Positions 1-9,308 of a stretch of 64,000 nt of DNA are shown one piece after another. This DNA comes from Streptosporangiales bacterium. Its GTDB lineage: Bacteria; Actinomycetota; Actinomycetes; Streptosporangiales; WHST01. The notes below the pieces were generated by a model. That model searched no databases. It saw nothing but the letters and a program-made list of their open reading frames with translations, and was not told the DNA's origin. The position numbers and the translations under genes were made by a program. The stretch covers positions 25,700 to 89,699 of the forward strand of contig WHST01000001.1 in the NCBI GenBank assembly GCA_009379955.1, read 5' to 3'. The stretch's first letter is position 1. The number at the start of each line of letters is the position of its first letter.

Positions 1-1293
1 GCGATCCGTGCCCGTGCCGTGCTCGAGCTCGCGGACGAGCTCGAGGCCGACGTCGCGCGCCGCGGCGGCAGCGACCTGCTCGGTGACGTCGAGCTCCCGT
101 TGCTGCACCTGCTCGCCGGCATGGAACGGGTCGGCATCGCGGTCGACGGCGACCACCTCGACCACCTGTCGGCCACCCTCGCCGGCGGGGTCAAGGACGC
201 CGAGCAGGCCACGTTCGCCGTCGTCGGCCACGAGTTCAACCTCGGCTCGCCCAAGCAGCTCCAGCAGGTGCTGTTCGAGGAGCTGAGCCTGCCCAAGACC
301 AAGCGGATCAAGAGCGGCTACACCACCGACGCCGACGCCCTGCAGAGCCTGCTGGCGCAGACCGGGCATCCCGTGCTCGAGCACCTGCTCAGGCACCGCG
401 ACGTGAGCAAGCTGCGCAGCATCGTCGACTCGCTGATCCCGATGATCGACGACGCGAGCCGGATCCACACCACGTTCGACCAGATCGTCGCGGCGACGGG
501 CCGGCTGTCGTCGCGCGACCCCAACCTGCAGAACATCCCGATCCGGAGCGTCGAGGGCCGCGCGATCCGCCGCGGCTTCGTCGTCGCGAAGGGGTTCGAG
601 ACCCTCCTCACCGCCGACTACAGCCAGATCGAGATGCGCATCATGGCGCACCTGTCCGACGACGCGGGACTCATCGAGGCGTTCCAGTCGGGCGAGGACC
701 TCCACACCTACGTCGCGGCGCAGGCGTTCGACATCGACACCACCGCGGTCGACCCGGAGATGCGCCGGCGGATCAAGGCGATGTCGTACGGCCTCGCGTA
801 CGGGCTGTCGGCGTACGGCCTGGCGCAGCAGCTCGCCATCACCCCGGACGAGGCGTCCGCGCAGATGGAGCGCTACTTCGAGCGGTTCGGCGGCGTGCGC
901 GACTACCTCAAGGAAGTTGTCGACCAGGCCCGCCGCGACGGCTACACCGAGACCCTCATGGGCCGGCGTCGCTACCTGCCCGACCTGGTGAGCGACAACA
1001 GGCAGCGTCGCCAGATGGCCGAACGCATGGCGCTCAACGCGCCGATCCAGGGCTCCGCCGCCGACATCATCAAGGTCGCGATGCTGCGGGTCGCCCGCGC
1101 GCTCACCGAGGCCGGCCTCACGTCGCGCATGCTGCTGCAGGTGCACGACGAGCTCGTGTTCGAGGTCGCGCCGGGCGAGCTCGACACCGTCCGTGAGCTG
1201 GCCGTCCGTGAGATGTCTGCGGCGTACGAGCTGCGCGTGCCGCTCGAGGTCTCCGTGGGCGTCGGCCACGACTGGGATGCCGCCGGGCACTAG
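1..1293 (+). CDS. polA: DNA polymerase I, C-terminal polymerase domain (5' end outside window)
   Basis: The frame is open from base 1. The translation carries family A polymerase motifs (DYSQIEMRIMAH, QVHDELVFE, NAPIQGSAADIIK). Stop at 1291-1293. Confidence 0.95.
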   Translation, partial: AIRARAVLELADELEADVARRGGSDLLGDVELPLLHLLAGMERVGIAVDGDHLDHLSATLAGGVKDAEQATFAVVGHEFNLGSPKQLQQVLFEELSLPKTKRIKSGYTTDADALQSLLAQTGHPVLEHLLRHRDVSKLRSIVDSLIPMIDDASRIHTTFDQIVAATGRLSSRDPNLQNIPIRSVEGRAIRRGFVVAKGFETLLTADYSQIEMRIMAHLSDDAGLIEAFQSGEDLHTYVAAQAFDIDTTAVDPEMRRRIKAMSYGLAYGLSAYGLAQQLAITPDEASAQMERYFERFGGVRDYLKEVVDQARRDGYTETLMGRRRYLPDLVSDNRQRRQMAERMALNAPIQGSAADIIKVAMLRVARALTEAGLTSRMLLQVHDELVFEVAPGELDTVRELAVREMSAAYELRVPLEVSVGVGHDWDAAGH

Positions 1294-1343
1294 GTTGAGG
1301 TGACCCCCACGTCTGCGTGGGTCCAACGCTCAGGAGTCGGACA

Positions 1344-2180
1344 ATGTCGACTGCTCCAGGTGGTGTCGTCGTCTCGGGCGAGGGTGTGCCACGGCGCCGA
1401 TCGTGGTCGCACCGACTGGCCTGGGTTGCCGTGCTCATCGCCGGTGTCGCGGCCTACCTGCTGGTTCTGCGCACCCTCGTCACCACCGAGAACCTCAACT
1501 TCTTTCCCTCCCTGATCCTGCTGGGCGCGATGACGGTGCCGATCACGGTGCTGGTGTTCGCGTGGGGATCGGGCCCGGCGATCACCGCCTCGCCCGGTCT
1601 GGTCGTGTTCACTGCCCTCACCGGCGGCATCGTCGGGACTGTCACCGCCGGCACCCTCGAGTACGACACCCTCCACCGTCTCGGCGCGTTGCCGATGCTC
1701 GGCGTGGGCCTGATCGAGGAGACCGCCAAGCTCGTCGTGCCGGTCGCGCTGCTGCTGTTCCTGCCCAGCCGGGGCCGCCAGGCCGGGGTCATCATCGGCA
1801 TCGCGTCCGGGATGGGGTTCGCCACCCTCGAGACCATGGGATACGGGTTCAGCGCGTTGCTGTCCGAGCGCAGCATCGCTGCGGTAGACCAGACTCTCCT
1901 GTTGCGCGGACTCCTCGCGCCGGCCGGCCACGTCGCCTGGACCGGCATGACCACCGCCGCCCTCTGGCGAATCCCGACCGCACCGCACAGGGCTCGCGCG
2001 GCGCTCCTCGCGATCGGCGCCCTCGTCCTCGCCGTGCTCCTGCACACCGGCTGGGACGCGCTGAACAGCATCGTCGCGCACGTCGTCATCGGCACAGTCA
2101 GCCTCGTCCTGCTGCTGATCCTCATCGGCCGCTCCCACCGTGCCGGTGCCCCTGCCACGGCGCGGCGGCGGTCGCAGTAG
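1344..2180 (+). CDS. PrsW-family intramembrane protease (multi-pass membrane protein)
   Basis: Motifs LIEETAKL (EExxK), GMGFATLETMGYGF and AGHVAWTG in a polytopic hydrophobic protein. ATG at 1344 is preceded by AGGAG (1332-1336); the ORF track starts at GTG 1317. Confidence 0.7.
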   Translation: MSTAPGGVVVSGEGVPRRRSWSHRLAWVAVLIAGVAAYLLVLRTLVTTENLNFFPSLILLGAMTVPITVLVFAWGSGPAITASPGLVVFTALTGGIVGTVTAGTLEYDTLHRLGALPMLGVGLIEETAKLVVPVALLLFLPSRGRQAGVIIGIASGMGFATLETMGYGFSALLSERSIAAVDQTLLLRGLLAPAGHVAWTGMTTAALWRIPTAPHRARAALLAIGALVLAVLLHTGWDALNSIVAHVVIGTVSLVLLLILIGRSHRAGAPATARRRSQ

Positions 2181-2222
2181 GTTGCCGGTGGAGGCGTTCC
2201 CCAGCACTGGAGGCAGGTAGCG

Positions 2223-3230
2223 GTGAGCATCACCCTCGGGTACAAGGCGTCGGCGGAGCAGTTCGGCCCGCGTGAGCTCGTGGAGCTTGGGGTCGCGGCC
2301 GAGACGCACGGGTTCGACAGCGTCCTGGTCAGCGACCACTACCAGCCGTGGCGGCACGAGGGCGGGCACGCGCCGTTCTCGATCGCCTGGATGACGGCAG
2401 TCGGCGAGCGCACGTCCCGCGTCATGCTCGGCACGAGCGTCCTGACCCCCACGTTCCGCTACAACCCCGCCGTCATCGCGCAGGCCTTCGGCACGATGGG
2501 CTGCCTGTACCCGGGCCGCGTGATACTCGGCATCGGCACGGGGGAGGCGCTCAACGAGATCGCGGTCTCCGGCCGTGAGTGGCCGCCGATCAAGGAGCGG
2601 TTCGCCCGGCTCCGCGAGTCCGTCGAGCTGATGCGGGCGCTGTGGGCCGGAGGGCGCGTCGACTACCAGGGCGAGTACTACACGACCGTCGGTGCCACGA
2701 TCTACGACCGGCCGGCCGCGGGCATCCCGGTCTACGTCGCCGCGGGCGGACCGATGATGGCGCGCTACGCCGGGCGCGTCGCCGACGGGTTCATCTGCAC
2801 GAGCGGCAAGGGCATGGACCTCTACGAGGAGAAGCTCATCCCGGCGGTCGACGAGGGCCTCGAGAAGGCGTCCCGTGACCCGTCGTCCCTCGACCGGATG
2901 ATCGAGATCAAGCTGTCGTTCGACACCGACTACGACACCGCGCTGGAGAACACCAGGTTCTGGGCGCCGCTCGCGCTGAGCGCCGAGCAGAAGGCCGAGC
3001 TCGAGGACCCGATCGAGATGGAGCGGGCCGCCGACGAGCTGCCGATCGACAAGATCGCGAGCCGCTGGATCGTGAGCGCCGACCCCGACGAGGCCGTCGC
3101 CAACATCAAGCCGTACGTCGACGCCGGCTTCAACCACCTGGTGTTCCACGCGCCCGGCCACGACCAGCGCAGGTTCCTCGCCGCGTTCGAGGAGCAGCTG
3201 GCGCCCCGCCTGCGTGACCTCGGCGCCTGA
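2223..3230 (+). CDS. fgd: F420-dependent glucose-6-phosphate dehydrogenase
   Basis: 335 aa. The N-terminus ([48 protein letters not shown]) is typical of Fgd in the LLM superfamily. GTG start with GGAGG at 2209-2213. Confidence 0.9.
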   Translation: MSITLGYKASAEQFGPRELVELGVAAETHGFDSVLVSDHYQPWRHEGGHAPFSIAWMTAVGERTSRVMLGTSVLTPTFRYNPAVIAQAFGTMGCLYPGRVILGIGTGEALNEIAVSGREWPPIKERFARLRESVELMRALWAGGRVDYQGEYYTTVGATIYDRPAAGIPVYVAAGGPMMARYAGRVADGFICTSGKGMDLYEEKLIPAVDEGLEKASRDPSSLDRMIEIKLSFDTDYDTALENTRFWAPLALSAEQKAELEDPIEMERAADELPIDKIASRWIVSADPDEAVANIKPYVDAGFNHLVFHAPGHDQRRFLAAFEEQLAPRLRDLGA

Positions 3231-3239
3231 CCCGGCTCG

Positions 3240-4328
3240 TCAGGTGATCTCGTCCTCCACGTAGCGGATGCGGGTCACGCCCAGACCGAGCGCGAACAGG
3301 ACGAGGATCGAGGCGAGCAGCACCGTCACTGGGATCGTCCAGGTGCCCGTCGCGTCGTGGAGGACGCCGATGAGGAACGGGCCGGCCGCCGCGACGAAGT
3401 AGCCGATGCCCTGCACGAAGCCGGACAGTGCGCTGCTGCCCTGGCCGGTACGCGCGCGCAACCCGATCAGGATCAGCGCGACCGGGAACACACCGTTGCC
3501 GATGCCGAGCAGCACCGCCCACAGGACCGGCGCGGTGCCCGGGGCGACGAGGAGTCCTACGTAGCCGGCGAGGTAACAGCTCATGATGACGACGACGAGC
3601 GGACGCAGGCTGCGCAGCCGTGCGGTGACGGCCGCGAGCAACAGGGAGACGACCATGCCGACTCCGGGGAGGAGCGCGAGCGCGTAGCCCGCGTCGGCCT
3701 GGTCGATCCCGGCGTCGCGCAGGATCGCGGGCAGCCACCCCAGCTGCGCGTACCCGTTGGCCGATTGCAGCCCGAAGAAGAGAGTGAGCAACCACGCGGT
3801 CCTGCTCCTGACCAGGCGGCGCGCGGACACGGCGTGGCCTGGTTGGCGTACGGGCGCGCGCTCGCGCAGCAGGCCGAGCCAGGGCAGGGCGGCGACCAGG
3901 CCCATCACGGCCCACATCCCCAGGGCCGCCCGCCAGCCGCCGAAGGCGTCCGCGATCGGCACGGACGCGCCCGCGGCCAGGGCCGTCGACAGCTGCATGA
4001 GGGTGCTGTAGACGCCGATCACGAGGCTGATCCGGTTCGGGAAGTGCAGCTTGACCAGTGCGGGGCAGAGCACGTTGGCGACACCTGACCCGGCGAGGGC
4101 GAACGCGGTGGCGGCGACGAACACGGCAGCCGAGTCGGTGAGCACGCGGACGCCGAGCCCGGCGGCCACCGCGAGCATGGCGAGCAGGGCGGAGCGGCGC
4201 AGGCCGACCCGCGCGGCGAGAGGTGGGGCGGCGAGGCCGCAGACCCCGAAGCAGATCAGCGGCAGGGTCGTGACCAGGCCGGCGACCGTGCCGGTGAGCG
4301 CGAGGTCGGCACGGATCTCGGTGAGCAC
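3240..4328 (-). CDS. MFS transporter, CynX/NimT-like (start uncertain; see finding)
   Basis: Polytopic MFS pattern. The first canonical start (GTG 4328) falls after what reads like TM1, and the in-frame upstream sequence (to 4454) encodes LLVLVGIALVALNLRPLVSSLGP without any ATG, GTG or TTG. Confidence 0.75.
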   Translation of the reverse strand: MLTEIRADLALTGTVAGLVTTLPLICFGVCGLAAPPLAARVGLRRSALLAMLAVAAGLGVRVLTDSAAVFVAATAFALAGSGVANVLCPALVKLHFPNRISLVIGVYSTLMQLSTALAAGASVPIADAFGGWRAALGMWAVMGLVAALPWLGLLRERAPVRQPGHAVSARRLVRSRTAWLLTLFFGLQSANGYAQLGWLPAILRDAGIDQADAGYALALLPGVGMVVSLLLAAVTARLRSLRPLVVVIMSCYLAGYVGLLVAPGTAPVLWAVLLGIGNGVFPVALILIGLRARTGQGSSALSGFVQGIGYFVAAAGPFLIGVLHDATGTWTIPVTVLLASILVLFALGLGVTRIRYVEDEIT

Positions 4329-4513
4329 CGGGCCGAGGCTGCTGACCAGCGGGCGGAGGTTGAGCGCGACGAGCGCGATGCCGACGAGGACCAGCAGGCG
4401 CTCGCGCCGAGCACGCGCTGCGGTGCCCTGTTCTCGTGGTGTTATGGGTAGAGTCTACGAGGGACGGTCGGAGTGACCAGTGGGGTCCCGTGGGGCTGCC
4501 CGTGCACCCCTCG

Positions 4514-4543
4514 TTGACCCTTGATCACGCGTGACCGTATCCT
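4514..4543 (+). promoter_or_regulatory. Candidate sigma-70-type promoter for rpsA (TTGACC-N18-TATCCT)
   Basis: TTGACC at 4514-4519 and TATCCT at 4538-4543, about 180 nt upstream of the rpsA ATG. Sequence pattern only. Confidence 0.3.
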
Positions 4544-4722
4544 GACCTGTGCGCTGTGGGCCTGCGCGACCTCGGACGGAGCAGGCTGCGCTCGTTCATG
4601 TCGATCATCCGGGTATCGCGAAACGACGCTTCACCCGTATCCACGTCGGCTTGACGGACAGGGTCCAGGCGCTCACAACAGGACACTCACGACACCAGTC
4701 CACACCGGAGCCAACCAAACAT

Positions 4723-6249
4723 ATGACGAGCAGCACTGACGCCGCCCAGTCGGCGCCGCAGCAGGTAGCGGTCAACGACATCGGGTCCGAAGAAGACTTC
4801 CTCGCGGCGATCGACCTGACCATCAAGTACTTCAACGACGGTGACATCGTCGACGGCACCGTCGTCAAGGTCGATCGGGACGAGGTCCTGCTCGACATCG
4901 GGTACAAGACCGAGGGTGTGATCCCGAGCCGAGAGCTCTCCATCAAGCACGACGTCGACCCGGCCGAGGTCGTCAGTGTGGGTGACGGGGTCGAGGCCCT
5001 TGTCCTGCAGAAGGAGGACAAGGAAGGCCGGCTGATCCTCTCGAAGAAGCGGGCTCAGTACGAGCGCGCCTGGGGCACGATCGAGAAGATCAAGGACGAC
5101 GACGGCATCGTCACAGGCACGGTCATCGAGGTCGTCAAGGGTGGACTGATCCTCGACATCGGGCTCCGCGGCTTCCTCCCCGCCTCATTGGTCGAGATGC
5201 GTCGCGTGCGTGATCTCCAGCCGTACGTCGGCAAGGAGCTCGAGGCCAAGATCATCGAGCTGGACAAGAACCGCAACAACGTCGTGCTGTCGAGGCGCGC
5301 GTGGCTCGAGCAGACACAGTCGGAGGTTCGTCAGAACTTCCTCAACCAGCTGCAGAAGGGCCAGATCCGCAAGGGCGTCGTGTCGTCGATCGTCAACTTC
5401 GGTGCGTTCGTCGATCTCGGCGGCGTCGACGGCCTGGTGCACGTGTCCGAGCTGTCCTGGAAGCACATCGACCACCCGAGCGAGGTCGTCGAGGTGGGCC
5501 AGGAGGTCACCGTCGAGGTCCTCGACGTCGACCTCGACCGGGAGCGCGTGTCGCTCTCGCTCAAGGCCACGCAGGAAGACCCCTGGCAGCAGTTCGCCCG
5601 CACCCACCAGATCGGTCAGGTCGTGCCCGGCAAGGTCACGAAGCTCGTCCCGTTCGGCTCGTTCGTCCGGGTCGAGGAGGGCATCGAGGGTCTCGTGCAC
5701 ATCTCCGAGCTGGCGGAGCGGCACGTCGAGATCCCCGAGCAGGTCGTGCAGGTCGGCAAGCAGATCTTCGTGAAGATCATCGACATCGACCTGGAACGCC
5801 GTCGCATCAGCCTGTCCCTCAAGCAGGCCAACGAGGGCGGTGCCGGAGGCGAGGAGTTCGACCCGACCCTGTACGGCATGGCGGCCGAGTACGACGAGCA
5901 GGGCAACTACAAGTACCCGGACGGCTTCGACCCCGAGAGCGGGGAGTGGCTCGAGGGCTTCGACAAGCAGCGCGAGGAGTGGGAGCGCCAGTACGCCGAG
6001 GCGCACACCACCTGGGAGGCGCACCGCAAGCAGATCGAGGACTCCCGCGAGTCCGACGCCGAGGCGGCCGCGGAGGCGGCGGTCAGCGGCTCGAGCAGCA
6101 GCAGCAGCAGCTCGAGCGGGTCGTCGGGCGGCTCCTCTGGTGGCGGCACGCAGTACTCCTCCGCCGGCGACGAGGCCGAGGGCGCGCTGGCGTCCGACGA
6201 GGCGCTGCAGGCGCTTCGTGACAAGCTGACCGGTGGCAGTCCCAGCTGA
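4723..6249 (+). CDS. rpsA: 30S ribosomal protein S1
   Basis: Four or more S1 repeats (GDIVDGTVVKVDRDEVLLDIG, GTVIEVVKGGLILDIG, GVVSSIVNFGAFVDLG, GKVTKLVPFGSFVRV). ATG at 4723 gives the typical MTSS..AVNDIGSEEDF N-terminus. The 4549 ORF-track start is an upstream run-on. Confidence 0.95.
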   Translation: MTSSTDAAQSAPQQVAVNDIGSEEDFLAAIDLTIKYFNDGDIVDGTVVKVDRDEVLLDIGYKTEGVIPSRELSIKHDVDPAEVVSVGDGVEALVLQKEDKEGRLILSKKRAQYERAWGTIEKIKDDDGIVTGTVIEVVKGGLILDIGLRGFLPASLVEMRRVRDLQPYVGKELEAKIIELDKNRNNVVLSRRAWLEQTQSEVRQNFLNQLQKGQIRKGVVSSIVNFGAFVDLGGVDGLVHVSELSWKHIDHPSEVVEVGQEVTVEVLDVDLDRERVSLSLKATQEDPWQQFARTHQIGQVVPGKVTKLVPFGSFVRVEEGIEGLVHISELAERHVEIPEQVVQVGKQIFVKIIDIDLERRRISLSLKQANEGGAGGEEFDPTLYGMAAEYDEQGNYKYPDGFDPESGEWLEGFDKQREEWERQYAEAHTTWEAHRKQIEDSRESDAEAAAEAAVSGSSSSSSSSSGSSGGSSGGGTQYSSAGDEAEGALASDEALQALRDKLTGGSPS

Positions 6250-6265
6250 CCCTCACCGCAACGCG

Positions 6266-6305
6266 ACATCGGTGCCCGGCTCCCCTTGGAGCCGGGCACC
6301 GATGT
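6266..6305. terminator. Perfect 18-bp stem / 4-nt loop hairpin between convergent rpsA and tauE-like genes (bidirectional intrinsic terminator candidate)
   Basis: ACATCGGTGCCCGGCTCC-CCTT-GGAGCCGGGCACCGATGT. The arms are exact reverse complements. There is no U-tract on either strand. Confidence 0.75.
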
Positions 6306-6355
6306 GTTCCACAGGCGTGTCGTGGGGCGGCCGACGTGATCGGCCTCGCGTCGCC

Positions 6356-7273
6356 TCAGGCGACGGGTTCGGCCTCGGTGGCGCGCTCGGCCTCGGCGAT
6401 GAGCTCGGCGCGCTCCTTGCGGTAGGCCAGGACCGACCAGACGACCGCGACGGCCCAGACGACGGCGATCGCCACGTACGCGGTCCACAGCGTGGCCGGT
6501 GCCGCGTCGACGTAGTCGGAGCGCAGGATCGTCCGGGTGTTGGTGAGGACGATGACCCCACCCACGAGCGAGCCGAGCACCCGGCCGGGGATGTGCCGCA
6601 CCAGCCAGGCGGCGATCGGGGCGGCGATCAGGCCGCCCACGAGCAACGCGCCGACCGCGGAGAACGGGATGCCCTCACCGCCGAGGCCGATGAGGAAGCC
6701 GAGGCTGGCTGAGAGGGCGACGATGAACTCGCTGGTGTCGACCGAGCCGACGACCTTGCGCGGCTCCAGGCGTCCTGTCGCCAGCAGCGCCGGCGTGGAG
6801 ACCGGGCCCCAGCCGCCGCCCCCGGTGGAGTCGACGAAGCCGCCGACGAGGCCGAGCGGTGCGAGGAACCAGGCGCGGACCGGCTTGCCGAGCTGTCCTC
6901 GCGGCGTGCCCCAGGCGGTGAACCGGATCAGGATGTAGACGCCGAGTGCCAGCAGGAGGCCGGACATGATCGGTGCCGCGGTCTCGGTGCTGAGGCTGCT
7001 GAGGAAGGTGGCCCCGGCGAACGCGCCGATGCCGCCGGGGACGGCGATCTTCGCCACGATCTTCCAGTCGACGTTCCCGAACCGCCAGTGCGAAGCGCCC
7101 GACACCAGGGTCGTGCCGATCTCCGCGAGATGGACCGTCGCGGACGCGGCGGCGGGCGCGGCGCCGGTGGCGAGCAGCAGCGTGGTCGACGTGACGCCGT
7201 ACGCCATGCCGAGGCTGCCGTCGACGAGCTGGGCGCCGAGACCGACGAGGGCGAGCAGGATGAGCTTCCGCAC
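6356..7273 (-). CDS. TauE/SafE (TSUP) family sulfite/anion exporter
   Basis: 305 aa polytopic protein. The N-terminus LVDGSLGMAYGVTSTTLLL and an internal repeat are typical of TSUP permeases. GTG start. Confidence 0.8.
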   Translation of the reverse strand: MRKLILLALVGLGAQLVDGSLGMAYGVTSTTLLLATGAAPAAASATVHLAEIGTTLVSGASHWRFGNVDWKIVAKIAVPGGIGAFAGATFLSSLSTETAAPIMSGLLLALGVYILIRFTAWGTPRGQLGKPVRAWFLAPLGLVGGFVDSTGGGGWGPVSTPALLATGRLEPRKVVGSVDTSEFIVALSASLGFLIGLGGEGIPFSAVGALLVGGLIAAPIAAWLVRHIPGRVLGSLVGGVIVLTNTRTILRSDYVDAAPATLWTAYVAIAVVWAVAVVWSVLAYRKERAELIAEAERATEAEPVA

Positions 7274-7396
7274 AGACTATCCCTGTTCATCCGGTATTAC
7301 CGACTGGACCGATAGATTAAGGGTACGGAAATGTCCCCGGATGTACAGCCGGGAGCTCGGATGGCGAGACGCGCCTACGTTACGTGGTGGCCGGCG

Positions 7397-8299
7397 TCAC
7401 AGTTCGTCGAGGAGCGCGGTGAGCCACCCCGGTCGCGCGACGACGGCCCGGTGATCGGTGCTCTGGCAACGGCGACCGAGCTCCCGGTCGGCCGTGACGA
7501 CCACGGTCGTGCGATGTGCGGCGCCGGCGTGCTCGGCAACCAACGACACGATCGCGTCGTCGCCCGACCGCTCGGCGCCGACCACCCGCACGTCCGGGCT
7601 CGCCTCGCCGGCCAGCGGCCTGGCCGCACCCTCCGTGACCATGACGACGTCGGCATACCAGGTGTCGTCGCTCCTGGCAGGGTCGACCTCGTACGGCAGC
7701 CGGCTCGCGCTCAGCCCGTGCCTGGCCAGCAGGATGAGGCGGTCGCGCAGCCGTCGCGCCGCGCCGAGGCGGTCGCGCCACCAGCCGTCGGGACGGCTAC
7801 CGACCACGTTGGCGGCGTCGACGATCACGACCGGTGCCCGCGGGGAGGCGAGCAGGCGCGGCCAGGTGATCGCGAAGTGCGGATGCAGCGCGAGCGAGGC
7901 GAGCTCGTCCTCGGGGACCCAGCGGAGCTCGACGCTCTCGGCGTTGGCGGGGGCGACGGGGAACGTCTCGGTGACGTCAGCGAGGACGGTGGTGTAGCTC
8001 CAGCCGCCGTGGTCGTCGGTGTAGGCGCCGGAGACCCTCACCCGGGACGGGTCGATCCCGCCCTCCTCTCCCGCCTCGCGCAGGGCGGTGTCGACGGGTG
8101 TCTCGTGGCTGTCGCGCGCGCCGCCGAGCAGGCCCCAGGTGCCGCCGTGATGGCTCCACTCCACGCGCAGCTGGACGAGCACCGGGCGCCGGGACGATCC
8201 GTCGCCGGGACCGCGCAGCAGCAGGCCGGCGGCGCCGTGTCGTCCCCAGTGGCGGTGACCGAGGTCGCAGGTCACCCAGCCGTCACCGTCGCCTCGCAC
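7397..8299 (-). CDS. NUDIX hydrolase fused to a YacP/Rae1-like NYN (PIN-like) nuclease domain
   Basis: Complete NUDIX box GGARDSHETPVDTALREAGEEGGI in the N-terminal half. The C-terminal half (VVIVDAANVVGSRPDGWW...VVMVTEGAAR...VRVVGAERSGDDAIVSLV...VVVTADREL) reads as a YacP-type NYN domain. The GTG start overlaps the lysR stop (TAGTG). Confidence 0.7.
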   Translation of the reverse strand: MRGDGDGWVTCDLGHRHWGRHGAAGLLLRGPGDGSSRRPVLVQLRVEWSHHGGTWGLLGGARDSHETPVDTALREAGEEGGIDPSRVRVSGAYTDDHGGWSYTTVLADVTETFPVAPANAESVELRWVPEDELASLALHPHFAITWPRLLASPRAPVVIVDAANVVGSRPDGWWRDRLGAARRLRDRLILLARHGLSASRLPYEVDPARSDDTWYADVVMVTEGAARPLAGEASPDVRVVGAERSGDDAIVSLVAEHAGAAHRTTVVVTADRELGRRCQSTDHRAVVARPGWLTALLDEL

Positions 8300-9222
8300 T
8301 AGTCTCGCGCGCCGGCCCGGTCGCGTACGGACCGCGTGGTGCCGTCGCCCGCGGCCGCCTTGAGCCGGTCGACGAGCTCGTCGGTGAGCGGGGTGGACCA
8401 GCGGTCGCGGGGGAGGAGGGCGCCGATGTAACGCACCGGGGTGGGGCGGACGGGACGGATGGTCACGCCGTCGACGACGATGCCGAGCGCGACGTCGGGG
8501 ATGAGCGCGATGCCGATGCCCGCCGCGACCATGGTCATCATGAAGAAGTAGTCACTGCCCCGGCACGCGACCTTGGGGTCGTAGCCGGCGGCCGCCTCCA
8601 TCGCTTCGCCGCACGAGCCCCACCCGTGCACCCACCACTCGTCGGCGAGGTCGGCCATCCGTATCTCCGACCGGCTGCTCATCGGGTGCTGCGCGGGGAG
8701 GACGGCGCGCACGTGGTCCTCGACCAGCGGGACGTAGTGCAGGTCGCGCCAGGCGCGTGGGGGAGTCCTGGTGCGGAAGTGGTAGACCAGAGCGACGTCG
8801 ACCTCACCCGCGCGCAGCAGGTCGACCGCCCCGGGGGGTTCGGCCTCGATGGCCTGGACGTCGACCTCGGCGCGCGCGGTCATCGGCGCCATGGCGGGCG
8901 GCAGGAGTCCCTGGCCGGCGCTGGAGAAGGTGGCCACGGCCAGCCGGCCGGCCTGGCCGTTGACGAGCTGGGACAGCCGCCGCTCGGTGTCGGACAGCTC
9001 CCCGGCGACGGCGTCGGCGGCGTCGACGAGCAGCCGACCGGCGGCGGTGAGCTGGACGCCGCGGGTGCTGCGGTCGACCACCCTGGCGCCGACGGAACGC
9101 TCGAGCGCGGCGACGTGCTGCGATACGGCGGACGGGGTGAGGCGCAACGACCTGGCGGCGCCGGCGAGGCTGCCGTTCCTCGACACCGCGCGGAGGATGC
9201 CGAGGCGATGGACGTCGATCAC
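8299..9222 (-). CDS. LysR-family transcriptional regulator
   Basis: N-terminal wHTH (SLAGAARSLRLTPSAVSQHVAALE) plus a LysR substrate-binding domain. Divergent from pntAA. Confidence 0.9.
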   Translation of the reverse strand: MIDVHRLGILRAVSRNGSLAGAARSLRLTPSAVSQHVAALERSVGARVVDRSTRGVQLTAAGRLLVDAADAVAGELSDTERRLSQLVNGQAGRLAVATFSSAGQGLLPPAMAPMTARAEVDVQAIEAEPPGAVDLLRAGEVDVALVYHFRTRTPPRAWRDLHYVPLVEDHVRAVLPAQHPMSSRSEIRMADLADEWWVHGWGSCGEAMEAAAGYDPKVACRGSDYFFMMTMVAAGIGIALIPDVALGIVVDGVTIRPVRPTPVRYIGALLPRDRWSTPLTDELVDRLKAAAGDGTTRSVRDRAGARD

Positions 9223-9308
9223 CAGTCCAGCTTACGTCGGTGCCCGAGCCTCGCCAGCGCCGCTGGGGTCTCGTCGGGAGGACGTCGGGGCACTAGGGTG
9301 TCCGTACT

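Noticed and set aside
9254-9266. GC-rich dyad CCAGCG-C-CGCTGG and repeated ACGTCGG motifs in the lysR/pntAA intergenic region as a LysR T-N11-A box
   Set aside because: Short GC-rich dyads arise by chance at this composition. No clear T-N11-A site with an AT-rich core was visible, so I make no call.
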